Assembly (NCBI GenBank): GCA_945885775.1
Contig: CAMCZF010000001.1
Location: 1 to 43,862 of the forward strand
DNA: 43,862 nt
Source of the DNA: Rhodoferax sp. OV413
GTDB lineage: Bacteria; Pseudomonadota; Gammaproteobacteria; Burkholderiales; Burkholderiaceae_C
Direction: 5' to 3'
Position 1 is the first letter of the stretch. Each line of letters opens with the position of its first letter. Made by a program: the position numbers and the translations under genes. Below the pieces are notes generated by a model. That model had not been told where the DNA came from, did no database searches, and saw only the letters and a program-made list of their open reading frames with translations. Shown here one piece after another: positions 29,564 to 38,312 of this stretch.

Positions 29564-30554
29564 GATGGGAAAAGGCTTCCAGTTCAGGGGGCAGTTCGGC
29601 GAGCAGGGTCTGGCGTTCGCCAAGGAGGGGGTGGTTGAATTGCAGCCGCCAGGCATGCAAAAACATGCGCTTAAGTGGCGGTGTTGCCGAGGCGCGCTGC
29701 AGCGATTTGTTCAGCTCAAAATCACCGTACTTGTCATCGCCAGCGATGGGAAAGCCTTCACTGGCGAGATGCACCCGGATCTGGTGGGTTCGGCCGGTGC
29801 GAATTGTGACCTCCAGAAGAGTAAAGCCCGCACCACTGTAGCGGACCTTGACCAAGGTCAAGGCAGCCATGGCGTCGGGATCGTCTTTGGCCACCACCCG
29901 CACCCGACGCTCGCCGTCGGGCAGCAGGTACTTGTGCAGCGATTTGTCAAGCACTTTGCGATTGACGGGCCACTGGCCAACCACCAGCGCCAGATAGGTC
30001 TTGCCAGTTTCGCGCTCACGGAACTGGTCCTGCAGTTGGCGCAGCGCTGAGCGCTTTTTGGCCAGCAGCAAAATGCCGCTGGTCTCGCGGTCCAGTCGGT
30101 GCACCAGTTCCAGGAACGGCGCTTGCGGCCGCGCCATGCGCAGCTGCTCGATGACACCAAAACTCACGCCCGAGCCGCCATGTACCGCCACGCCGGCCGG
30201 TTTGTCGATGGCCAGTAAGTGGTCGTCCTCAAACAGCACCACAAAGCTGCGAGCCGGTGCAACCAGGGCGGCCGCAACCATTTCCTGAGATTTCTCGGCC
30301 ATGCGCTCCGACACCCGGACCGGCGGCAGGCGCACCAAATCACCGGCTTGCACCCGCGCATCGGCGCCGGCGCGGCCCTTGTTGACCCGTACCTCGCCAC
30401 TGCGGATGATGCGATAGACATGGGTTTTAGGCACGCCCTTGAGGTGCCGCATCAGGTAGTTGTCCAGCCGCTGACCGGCGCTTTCGTCGTCGACCTTCAG
30501 GGTTTTCGCCTGGGGCGACGACGGAGCCGGATTGGCCCCTATAATGTGTTTCAC
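29541..30554 (-). CDS. rluC: 23S rRNA pseudouridine synthase (RluC)
   Basis: S4 domain GQRLDNYL...IIRSGEVRVN, HRLDRETSG, TGRTHQIRVH, FLHA. Divergent from rne. Confidence 0.93.
   Translation of the reverse strand: MKHIIGANPAPSSPQAKTLKVDDESAGQRLDNYLMRHLKGVPKTHVYRIIRSGEVRVNKGRAGADARVQAGDLVRLPPVRVSERMAEKSQEMVAAALVAPARSFVVLFEDDHLLAIDKPAGVAVHGGSGVSFGVIEQLRMARPQAPFLELVHRLDRETSGILLLAKKRSALRQLQDQFRERETGKTYLALVVGQWPVNRKVLDKSLHKYLLPDGERRVRVVAKDDPDAMAALTLVKVRYSGAGFTLLEVTIRTGRTHQIRVHLASEGFPIAGDDKYGDFELNKSLQRASATPPLKRMFLHAWRLQFNHPLLGERQTLLAELPPELEAFSHHVTPVPA
30540..30545 (+). promoter_or_regulatory. Consensus -10 hexamer, candidate rne promoter inside the first codons of rluC
   Basis: Perfect TATAAT on the plus strand, 511 nt upstream of the rne ATG. 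Confidence 0.5.
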
Positions 30555-30567
30555 TAGCGCCGAGCTG

Positions 30568-30580
30568 TAAGTGGTTGATT
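30568..30580 (-). promoter_or_regulatory. IHF-binding consensus site
   Basis: Minus strand AATCAACCACTTA matches WATCAANNNNTTR exactly. Confidence 0.5.
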
Positions 30581-30836
30581 TGTCTGGAGTTTAGTCCACA
30601 CGCCATCCACAGTCCCGCTAGCAGGTCGATACCGCCGAGCATGATGCGCGCAAACCACAAGCCAGTTGCCTGTGGTGGCCTGCACCACATACGGTCAAGA
30701 CGACGCCTTGAACCACTGATACGGAATACCCCAAATCCGCAGACCACAGCGCCTGCGGATGGATTGAAGCAAGATGTTTGTGTTGATGAGCCTGTACCCC
30801 TTGTGCCTGCGGCGTGTTAGTGCGCCGTCGACTGGC

Positions 30837-30892
30837 ATGGGGCGGCCATCAGCGTCCGACCGATGGACGCAGCCCGCTATTTCAGCGATAGC
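30837..30892 (-). repeat. Copy G of the ~56-bp element, in the rluC-rne intergenic region
   Basis: GCTATCGCTGAAATAGC GGGCTGCGTCCATCG GTCGGACGCTGATGGCCGCCCCAT. Second hairpin GCGTCC-N7-GGACGC. Confidence 0.65.
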
Positions 30893-31055
30893 ACTTCCAC
30901 AACCCAGGCTACTTGCTCCCCTCCACGCGCCTACGCCCGGACTCCTCATTTGAGTCCTGGTTCTCCGGCAATTCCTCCTCAGTTCAAAGCGTCAGTTCCG
31001 GTATCAATGGCTCATTATGGGCCGGTTGAATGATTGAACTGAAGGAACGCTACCC

Positions 31056-34000
31056 ATGAAACGGATGCTGATCAACGCCACGCAGGCTGAAGAACGCCGC
31101 TTGGCCATTGTCGATGGACAAAAACTTCTCGATTACGAAATCGAGATCGAGGGGCGCGAACAGCGCAAGGGCAATATTTACAAAGCCGTAGTGACCCGGG
31201 TCGAGCCCTCGCTCGAAGCCTGCTTTGTCGACTACGGCGAAGACCGGCACGGCTTTTTGCCGTTCAAGGAAATCTCGCGCCAGTATTTCCAGCCCGGCGT
31301 GGCCGCCAATCAGGCCCGCATCCAGGATGCCATCCGCGAAGGCCAAGAACTGCTGGTGCAGGTGGAAAAAGAAGAGCGCGGCAACAAGGGTGCAGCGCTG
31401 ACGACCTTTGTGTCATTGGCCGGCCGCTATGTGGTACTGATGCCCAACAACCCGCGGGGCGGTGGCGTGTCGCGCCGGATTGAGGGCGAAGACCGTACCG
31501 AGCTGAAAGAAGCGCTCGACCAGCTCGAGTACCCCAACGGCATGAGCATCATTGCGCGCACTGCCGGTATCGGCCGCAGCGCGCCCGAGCTGCAGTGGGA
31601 CCTGAACTACCTGCTCAAGCTCTGGACCGCCATTGACGGCGCGGCCAAGGGTGGCAAAGGCGCCTTCTTGATTTACCAGGAATCGAGCTTGGTGATCCGC
31701 GCCATTCGCGACTACTTCAACCACGACATTGGCGACATCCTGATCGACACCGACGACGTGTATGACCAGGCCCAGCAGTTCATGGCGCACGTCATGCCCG
31801 AGCATGCAGCCAGGGTCAAGCGCTACCGCGATGACGCGCCGCTGTTCTCGCGTTTCCAGATTGAGCACCAGATCGAGTCGGCTTACGCCCGCACCGTACA
31901 GCTGCCCAGTGGTGGCGCGATCGTGATCGACCACACGGAAGCCCTGGTGTCAGTGGACGTGAACTCAGCGCGCTCCATTCGTGGTGGTGACATCGAAGAG
32001 ACCGCCACACGCACCAATCTGGAAGCTGCCGACGAGGTAGCGCGCCAGATGCGCCTGCGCGATTTGGGTGGCCTGATCGTGATCGACGTCATCGACATGG
32101 AAGAAAGCCGTAACCGGCGTGAAGTAGAAAGCCGCCTGCGCGACGCGCTGCGGCAGGACCGCGCCCGGGTGCAGTTCGGTACGATCAGTAAGTTCGGCCT
32201 CATGGAAATGAGCCGCCAGCGACTGCGTCCTGCGCTGAGCGAAGGTGCCTCCATCCCCTGCCCGCGCTGCGGCGGTGCTGGCCATATCCGCGACACCGAA
32301 TCGAGCGCGCTGCAAATCCTGCGCATCATCCAGGAAGAGTCGCTCAAGGACAACACAGCCTCGGTGCTGTGCCAGGTGCCGGTCGAGGTGGCCTCGTTCC
32401 TGCTCAATGAGAAGCGCACCGAGATCGCCAAAATTGAGCTCAAACAGCGCATCAACGTGCTGATGGTGCCCAACAAAGCACTGGAAACCCCGAACTACAA
32501 GCTCGAGCGCCTCAAGCACGACGACCCGCGGCTGGACAACATCCAGGCCTCTTACAAGATGGCGGAAGAGATCGAGGATGCCACCTCGGTCACACGCCGC
32601 TCGCAGGAGCCGACTAACAAGCAAACGCCAGTGATCAAGGGCGTGCTGCCCGACGCGCCAGCGCCCGCTGCCGCACCGCGGGCGGAAGCGCCTAAGCCGG
32701 TGGTGCAAGCCACCGCACCCGTGGCACCGGCACCGGTTGTGCGGCCTACAACGCCAGCACCAGCGCCGACGGCAGAAAAGGGCTTTTTTGGCTGGGTCAA
32801 GCAACTGTTTGCGCCAGCACCTGCTGCCGCACCGGTGGCCGCACCGCAGCCTGCAATCGAGCCCGCCAAAGACGACAAGCGCGACGGCCGTGGCCGGGAT
32901 GGCGCACGCCGCGGCGAACCGCGCGCTGACGGTCGGGGTGAGCCCCGCGCCGATGGCCGGGGTGGACGCGGCGAGGGACGCGGTGAAGGCCGGGGTGAAG
33001 GCCGTGGCGGACGGGGCGGACGGGGCCGGGGCGAACGCACCGGACCAGGCCAGCGTGACCGCATGGACGCCGACGGCAAGCCAACCGGCAACGAGGGCGT
33101 GAACCTGCCAGAGGCTGCGGTTTCTGCTGCAGACGCACCGGCCGCAGAAGCACGCACAGAGCGACCGGGCCGAAGCGGTGAACGTAGTGAACGTGGTGAG
33201 CGCAATGACCGGGGCGAGCGTAGCCGGGGCGAGCGTCGACCCGAGCGCAGCCGTCGCCCGGACGAGCCCGCCAGGCCAGACACCCATGGCGCACCTGAAG
33301 TGCAACGGGCTGATGCCCTGGCAGCTGGTGCCGATGCGGCTCCCGGCGTCGAATCTGGCGAGCAGCAGGCTGAGGGCGGCGCTCGATCGCAAGAACCGCG
33401 CGAACGACGCCCCCGTGGCCGCGACCGTGACCGTGGACCACGCCCGGAGCGTGGTGAGAGAAGCGACCGCGGCGAACGCACCGAGCGCACGGAACCCGCA
33501 GGGCGCGAGGAAGCCGCGACCAACGAGGAGACCTCCGCGGAGCCGCGCAAGTCTTACTTCACAGCCAGCGCAGCCACGCCAAACGCTGCACCGGGCACTG
33601 ATCAGCCGATGAGCCCAGCGCCCATGCCCGCCGAGGCACCAGCGGCTTTGGCAAGCTTGGCACCCGTTGTAAACGAGCCTGTGCCATCGCCGGCTCAAGA
33701 GCCAACGCCAGTGGCGGCAACGCCAGCAGTTGTTTCTGTGGTGACAACGGCGCCAGTTCACATGCCCGCGGCAGTGCCCGTGGCCTCCACGGCCGCCGCC
33801 GCCATGCCCTCGGTCCAAGCCTTTGTCTTGCCCTTGGGCGAGTTGGCCGCTGTCGCAGAAAGCTCAGGCTTGAACTGGGTCAATTCGGATGCTGTCAAGA
33901 TTGCGGCTGTACAAGCCGCGATAGCGGCAGAGCCGAAACCGGTCCACGTGCCCCGGCAACGACCGGCAGCCCCGGTGCTCGATGAAGGTCCGCTGGTGCT

Positions 34001-34067
34001 GGTGGAAACGCAGCGAGACCTGCGAAACGTTAAGCTGCCCTTCGAGACCAACAGCTCGGGGACTTGA
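31056..34067 (+). CDS. rne: Ribonuclease E
   Basis: [14 protein letters not shown]1 domain ([23 protein letters not shown]), DVNSAR, CPRC Zn-link, membrane-targeting-like [11 protein letters not shown], long Arg/Glu/Ala/Pro-rich C-terminus. Confidence 0.98.
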   Translation: MKRMLINATQAEERRLAIVDGQKLLDYEIEIEGREQRKGNIYKAVVTRVEPSLEACFVDYGEDRHGFLPFKEISRQYFQPGVAANQARIQDAIREGQELLVQVEKEERGNKGAALTTFVSLAGRYVVLMPNNPRGGGVSRRIEGEDRTELKEALDQLEYPNGMSIIARTAGIGRSAPELQWDLNYLLKLWTAIDGAAKGGKGAFLIYQESSLVIRAIRDYFNHDIGDILIDTDDVYDQAQQFMAHVMPEHAARVKRYRDDAPLFSRFQIEHQIESAYARTVQLPSGGAIVIDHTEALVSVDVNSARSIRGGDIEETATRTNLEAADEVARQMRLRDLGGLIVIDVIDMEESRNRREVESRLRDALRQDRARVQFGTISKFGLMEMSRQRLRPALSEGASIPCPRCGGAGHIRDTESSALQILRIIQEESLKDNTASVLCQVPVEVASFLLNEKRTEIAKIELKQRINVLMVPNKALETPNYKLERLKHDDPRLDNIQASYKMAEEIEDATSVTRRSQEPTNKQTPVIKGVLPDAPAPAAAPRAEAPKPVVQATAPVAPAPVVRPTTPAPAPTAEKGFFGWVKQLFAPAPAAAPVAAPQPAIEPAKDDKRDGRGRDGARRGEPRADGRGEPRADGRGGRGEGRGEGRGEGRGGRGGRGRGERTGPGQRDRMDADGKPTGNEGVNLPEAAVSAADAPAAEARTERPGRSGERSERGERNDRGERSRGERRPERSRRPDEPARPDTHGAPEVQRADALAAGADAAPGVESGEQQAEGGARSQEPRERRPRGRDRDRGPRPERGERSDRGERTERTEPAGREEAATNEETSAEPRKSYFTASAATPNAAPGTDQPMSPAPMPAEAPAALASLAPVVNEPVPSPAQEPTPVAATPAVVSVVTTAPVHMPAAVPVASTAAAAMPSVQAFVLPLGELAAVAESSGLNWVNSDAVKIAAVQAAIAAEPKPVHVPRQRPAAPVLDEGPLVLVETQRDLRNVKLPFETNSSGT
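32910..33038 (+). repeat. Tandem coding repeats in the RNase E disordered region
   Basis: RGEPRADG x2, then RGEG x3 and RGG repeats. Confidence 0.8.
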
Positions 34068-34086
34068 TCAGGGGAACAGGCAGGCC

Positions 34087-35364
34087 TCAGCGCTTGGCGG
34101 CTTCCCGCCAAGCCTGAGCCGCCGCGGCAGTATCGCCACGTTGTTCCGCCAGCTCTGCCAAGGCGCGCCAGGCGTTACGCTGCAAGCCGGCATCCTGCAG
34201 GCGCGGCAGCGACTGCTTGATCAGTTGCTGGGCTTTGCCCCAAAGTTGCAAACGCATGCAGGTCACGCCTGCCAAGTACTGCAACAGCGCGTCGCCAGGG
34301 TTGCGCATCTGAGCCTGCTCAATACGGGTCAGCCAAGCTGGTTCGGGCGCACCTGCGGCCAAGGCAAAACTACGCTCCAAGGCATCGATCAACTGCAAGC
34401 TCTGGACCGGCGTCAGTGTGGATGGCTGCGCGACCAGGCTGTCCCAGACTGGCAACAGCCAGCTGCGCGCCAGTTCAACGTCGCCGTCGAGTTGCAGCAG
34501 ACGGCGCGCGGCCTCGGTCGCCACCTCGGGCAATTGACGCTCCGCAGGATCGAGCTGGAGCCAGGCGCTCTGCAGTTGCTCCGGGTCATGGGCGCTCTGT
34601 AACAGCTCCAGAGCGAGGCCACGCAAAATACCCTGTGCCGCCAATTCAGAGAACGCCCTGTGCTTGGCGAGTAGGCGCGCCGTGTCCAGCGCCGACCGGG
34701 TCCGCTGCGCCATCCGAGCGGCCTTTAAGCGCAAGCGCAGGGCAATCGTTCGGCGGGCCGCACCGAGCGGCAATTCATCAAGGCCCTGCAGCGCCGCTTC
34801 AGGGTCACGGTCCTCTAGCGCCCAGCGGGCCGCACGGAACTGGACGCCCTCCCGCATTTCCTGTGCGTCCCGTCGGGTGGAATGCTCAAGCGCCAACCGC
34901 AAATGATGGGACCGGGCAGCCCGATCCTGCAGCGACTGCGCGCTCTCCGCCGCGAGCAAATGCGCCAGGGCGCGCAGCCGACCGGAATAGTTCAGCGTTT
35001 CGCCCAAACGCGTCATGGCATCTTCCCGGGTCAGAACCGTTTCAGCGGCCTTGCGCGCCCGGATGAAGCGCCCGGCCACCAAATGCGACAAGGCATCGAG
35101 CAGCGCGGCGTAGACCGAGCGCTCCTGGTGCTGAATGCGCCAGCGCCTGGCGTGACCCGGCATGGCAAACAGTGCCGCCAGCGAGCGCAGGGCCAGATGC
35201 AGGGTGACGAACAGAAGAGCCAGCAAGAGCAGCATCAGGTTCAGTGACAGGTCCAGGCGATAGGGCGGCCAAAAAAGCGTGATCGTGCCCTGGTTGTCGC
35301 CCGCAAACAAAGCTATCGCGACGGCCACGGCAAACAGCGACAAGAGCCATAAGGCGACGCGCAT
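34087..35364 (-). CDS. hemY: HemY-like TPR membrane protein (heme biosynthesis-associated)
   Basis: Two N-terminal TM segments, GRFIRARKAA, LWGKAQQL. Follows hemX. Confidence 0.88.
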   Translation of the reverse strand: MRVALWLLSLFAVAVAIALFAGDNQGTITLFWPPYRLDLSLNLMLLLLALLFVTLHLALRSLAALFAMPGHARRWRIQHQERSVYAALLDALSHLVAGRFIRARKAAETVLTREDAMTRLGETLNYSGRLRALAHLLAAESAQSLQDRAARSHHLRLALEHSTRRDAQEMREGVQFRAARWALEDRDPEAALQGLDELPLGAARRTIALRLRLKAARMAQRTRSALDTARLLAKHRAFSELAAQGILRGLALELLQSAHDPEQLQSAWLQLDPAERQLPEVATEAARRLLQLDGDVELARSWLLPVWDSLVAQPSTLTPVQSLQLIDALERSFALAAGAPEPAWLTRIEQAQMRNPGDALLQYLAGVTCMRLQLWGKAQQLIKQSLPRLQDAGLQRNAWRALAELAEQRGDTAAAAQAWREAAKR

Positions 35365-35366
35365 GG

Positions 35367-36434
35367 TCAGCGACCTGCCGCCGCCGTGGCCAGGGCGGCC
35401 AGGGTATCGTCCACGCGGGGCAACTGCAACAGCTGCAGTTGTTGTTGCACCTGCAGCAGCAGAGCGGCCGCAGATTGCGTCTTGCGCGACGCCGGGTCAA
35501 AGTACTTGTCCAGGCCGTAACGGGCGGCGACCAGATCGGCGCGCGCTGACTCCATCTGCCGCGCCAGTAGCCCCAGGCGGGCATTCAGGAGCCTAAGCTT
35601 AAAGTTCTCTCGCAAGAAAAACGACTGTTCAGGCGACAAAAGGGCCGCCTCGGGCTCCTCGATACGGCTGAGCCGCACCAACGCGCGGGCCTCGTCCCAG
35701 ACCAACTGCAGCGCCTGCTGCCACCAACTGGGTTTGGCTTCAGGCAGTGCCCGCTTGGCGGCCGCGATCGCCGCCACCGGTGCCACCGCGTTGGCCAGCA
35801 CCAGTTCGTCGGCCAGGCGCACCAGCTCGTCGAGTTTGACCAGCAAACTTGGCGTGTCGCTCACAGCCGCTGACTTGATTCGTTCGATGTCGCGCACAAT
35901 GGCCCGCTGCAAAGCGTTGAGCCTGGGCTGGGCTGCTCGTAGCACCCGTTGGTCCGCCGATCGCAGCGCGGCCAGCAAAGGCTCAACACTGCCCGTCAAT
36001 TGCGCCTGCTGCTGGGCCAACCGGATCGCCGATTCAATGTCCACCACCAGGTTTTCGTCGCGCGAGCGTGACAGGCTTTGCATCAGCTCTTGCAACTGGG
36101 TCCGTTGCAGCGAAATCTCACTCAGCCGTGCCTCAAACACCGCCACACGGGCTGCTGTCTCGCGCGCCAGTTCCTGGGCCTGGCGGGCACTGGCGCGGGC
36201 CTCTTGCGCTTGCTCGCCGGTCTGGGCACTTTGGCTCGCCAGTTGCAGCTGAATGTTGTCGAGTTTTTGCCAAAGCAACAGGTTGGCCAGCAGCGCCAGC
36301 AGGGCCAAAGCACCGCAGGCCGCCAGCCAACCCCAGGCGCGACGCGTCACAGGGGGGGGCGCCGCGGTCTCGGCGGCGCCGACCACGCCATTCCCCCCCT
36401 CACCTTGCGGCGCTGGCGCATATGTATCAGTCAT
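35367..36434 (-). CDS. hemX: HemX family membrane protein
   Basis: TM segment plus coiled coil, LAQQQAQL, LLSPEQSFFLRENFKLRLLNARLGLL. Confidence 0.9.
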   Translation of the reverse strand: MTDTYAPAPQGEGGNGVVGAAETAAPPPVTRRAWGWLAACGALALLALLANLLLWQKLDNIQLQLASQSAQTGEQAQEARASARQAQELARETAARVAVFEARLSEISLQRTQLQELMQSLSRSRDENLVVDIESAIRLAQQQAQLTGSVEPLLAALRSADQRVLRAAQPRLNALQRAIVRDIERIKSAAVSDTPSLLVKLDELVRLADELVLANAVAPVAAIAAAKRALPEAKPSWWQQALQLVWDEARALVRLSRIEEPEAALLSPEQSFFLRENFKLRLLNARLGLLARQMESARADLVAARYGLDKYFDPASRKTQSAAALLLQVQQQLQLLQLPRVDDTLAALATAAAGR

Positions 36435-37273
36435 TCAACTGATTCTATCGAGGCCACGATGTCTGACAGGGCGGGCCGTGACTCGTGCACTTGGCCAAAA
36501 CCGGCCGCCCGGGCCGCCAACGCAATGCGCGGATGGGTCGCGACCGCACAGGCTTGCTGCCAGCTTTGCCCTGGCAGCAAGTGCAGCAAATTTACGATGG
36601 CTTGCGAACTACTGAACAGCCAGACCGAACCATCATCGGCCGCCCGACTCGCCAGGTCGCGCTCAGCTCGGCCCCAACGGGGCGCGCTGCGCTGGTAGGC
36701 CACCAAAAACTGTGCTTGCAGGCCACGCGCGGCCAATTGCTCAGCCAGCCAGTCACGTCCACGACCTGTTTGGTGTTCGGTCACGCTGCCAGACCCGCCG
36801 CCCCCCCCAGGCGGCTGCGCCTCACTGTCGCCATCAACATCATCGCCACGCACAATCAATACCCGGTCGCCGGTCTGCAGTTGGTCACGCACCACCTGCC
36901 ACAGTGACTCGGAGTCAAATTGGCCGGCCTCGGGTGACGGCATGTCGATGCAAGCCGCAGATACACCGGCTTGCAGCAGCGCCTGCCGGGTCCCTGGCCC
37001 GGTCACCCATGCTCTTGTTTTTATAGCTGAAGACCCAATAAGGACGGGGGCTAGAGGCGGTTTTTCTGCAAAAAATAGACCAACGGCATTGGCGCTGACG
37101 AACATCACTGCAGCCCAGTCGCCCAGCCGCTCCCAAGCCTGGTGCAAGGGTGCGGTATCGGTCACGGCGGCCACCTCGATCAGCGGCAGCGCCACCACAT
37201 CCAGACCCCGTGTCCTCAAATCCTGACACCAGCGCTGCGCTTCGCGCTGCGGCCGGGTGACGATCACGCGCAT
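36431..37273 (-). CDS. hemD: Uroporphyrinogen-III synthase
   Basis: MRVIVTRP, LPLIEV, FVSANAV, GPGT, DSESL, GRDWL, AYQR, FSSSQA, HPRIA. Confidence 0.93.
   Translation of the reverse strand: MRVIVTRPQREAQRWCQDLRTRGLDVVALPLIEVAAVTDTAPLHQAWERLGDWAAVMFVSANAVGLFFAEKPPLAPVLIGSSAIKTRAWVTGPGTRQALLQAGVSAACIDMPSPEAGQFDSESLWQVVRDQLQTGDRVLIVRGDDVDGDSEAQPPGGGGGSGSVTEHQTGRGRDWLAEQLAARGLQAQFLVAYQRSAPRWGRAERDLASRAADDGSVWLFSSSQAIVNLLHLLPGQSWQQACAVATHPRIALAARAAGFGQVHESRPALSDIVASIESVE
37011..37066 (+). repeat. Copy C of the ~56-bp element, in frame inside hemD (antisense to the gene)
   Basis: GCTCTTGTTTTTATAGC TGAAGACCCAATAAG GACGGGGGCTAGAGGCGGTTTTTC. AT-rich patch in a GC-rich gene; encodes KPPLAPVLIGSSAIKTRA. 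Confidence 0.88.
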
Positions 37274-37278
37274 GCGGC

Positions 37279-38226
37279 TCAGGTGTTGTCAGGCTGCTCG
37301 CTGGCGAGCACGAGCGTTCCGCCCTGGGCCAACACGCCGGCGCGCAGTTCGGCTGCGACCCGCTCGCCCAGCGCGTTGGCATCAGCCAGGTCAAGAACCG
37401 TGGCCTGAGCGCGCACCTGAACCAAGGGCAGGTGGCCTTCCGGGTCGCCCCATGCTGCGCGCAGGCCCAGCAGGTCGCCGTCAAAAGTGGCAAAGGCAGC
37501 CAGTGGCATGGAACAACTGCCGCCCATGCAGCGGCTGACCGCGCGCTCGGCGGTTACCGCAGCCCAGGTGCGGGCGTGCGCCAACGGGGCCAGCGCGGCG
37601 ATCACATCAGGGAGATCACTGCGCACCTCGATCCCAAGCGCACCTTGGCCTGCAGCGGGCAGCATGGCGTCGGGCTCAAAGCGAGCGCGGATGCGTTCGG
37701 CCAGGCCGAGACGTTTGAGACCGGCTGCCGCCAACACGATGGCATCAAAGCCGCCATCATCGAGTTTGCGCAAACGGGTGTCGAGGTTGCCCCGCAGCGG
37801 TTCAATTCGCAAATCCGGCCGCAAGGCACGCAGCAGCGCCATGCGGCGCAGGCTAGAGGTGCCGACCACCGCCCCCTGCGGCAACTCAGCCAGGCTGGCA
37901 TAACGGTTGGAGACCAGGGCATCGTGCGGATCTTCCCGCGCCATAACGCAGGCCAGTTGGAACCCTTCGGGCAACTCCATCGGCACGTCTTTGAGCGAAT
38001 GCACTGCCAAGTTGGCTCGTCCCTCTTCGAGCGCCACCTCAAGTTCTTTCACGAACAGCCCCTTCCCACCGACCTTGCTGAGGGAGCGGTCAAGGATCTG
38101 GTCGCCACGGGTGGTCATGCCCAGCAGCGTGACTTTGTGGCCAAGCCCAATCAGCAGGTCGCGCACGTGCTCGGCCTGCCATAAAGCCAATCGGCTTTCT
38201 CTTGTTGCGATGGTCAAAATGCTCAT
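37279..38226 (-). CDS. hemC: Hydroxymethylbilane synthase
   Basis: [49 protein letters not shown]. Confidence 0.98.
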   Translation of the reverse strand: MSILTIATRESRLALWQAEHVRDLLIGLGHKVTLLGMTTRGDQILDRSLSKVGGKGLFVKELEVALEEGRANLAVHSLKDVPMELPEGFQLACVMAREDPHDALVSNRYASLAELPQGAVVGTSSLRRMALLRALRPDLRIEPLRGNLDTRLRKLDDGGFDAIVLAAAGLKRLGLAERIRARFEPDAMLPAAGQGALGIEVRSDLPDVIAALAPLAHARTWAAVTAERAVSRCMGGSCSMPLAAFATFDGDLLGLRAAWGDPEGHLPLVQVRAQATVLDLADANALGERVAAELRAGVLAQGGTLVLASEQPDNT

Positions 38227-38276
38227 GCGTGGTGGCCCAAACTCGTACCCGACGTGTAATTTTTAAAGGTCGGACG

Positions 38277-38286
38277 ATGCTAGCAT
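38277..38286. promoter_or_regulatory. Palindromic extended -10 (TGcTAGCAT on both strands) between divergent hemC and ppc
   Basis: ATGCTAGCAT is a perfect palindrome within an 86-bp divergent intergenic region. Confidence 0.5.
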
Positions 38287-38312
38287 GGTCCGCCTCTTGC
38301 TACGCCTCTGCC

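Noticed and set aside
31965-33818. 617-aa antisense ORF over rne, and other long shadow ORFs (e.g. 39936-41126, 28502-29560, 10808-11803, 5491-6477, 707-1573)
   Set aside because: They overlap well-supported genes on the opposite strand or another frame, have no recognisable motifs, and are expected from stop-codon scarcity in high-GC DNA.
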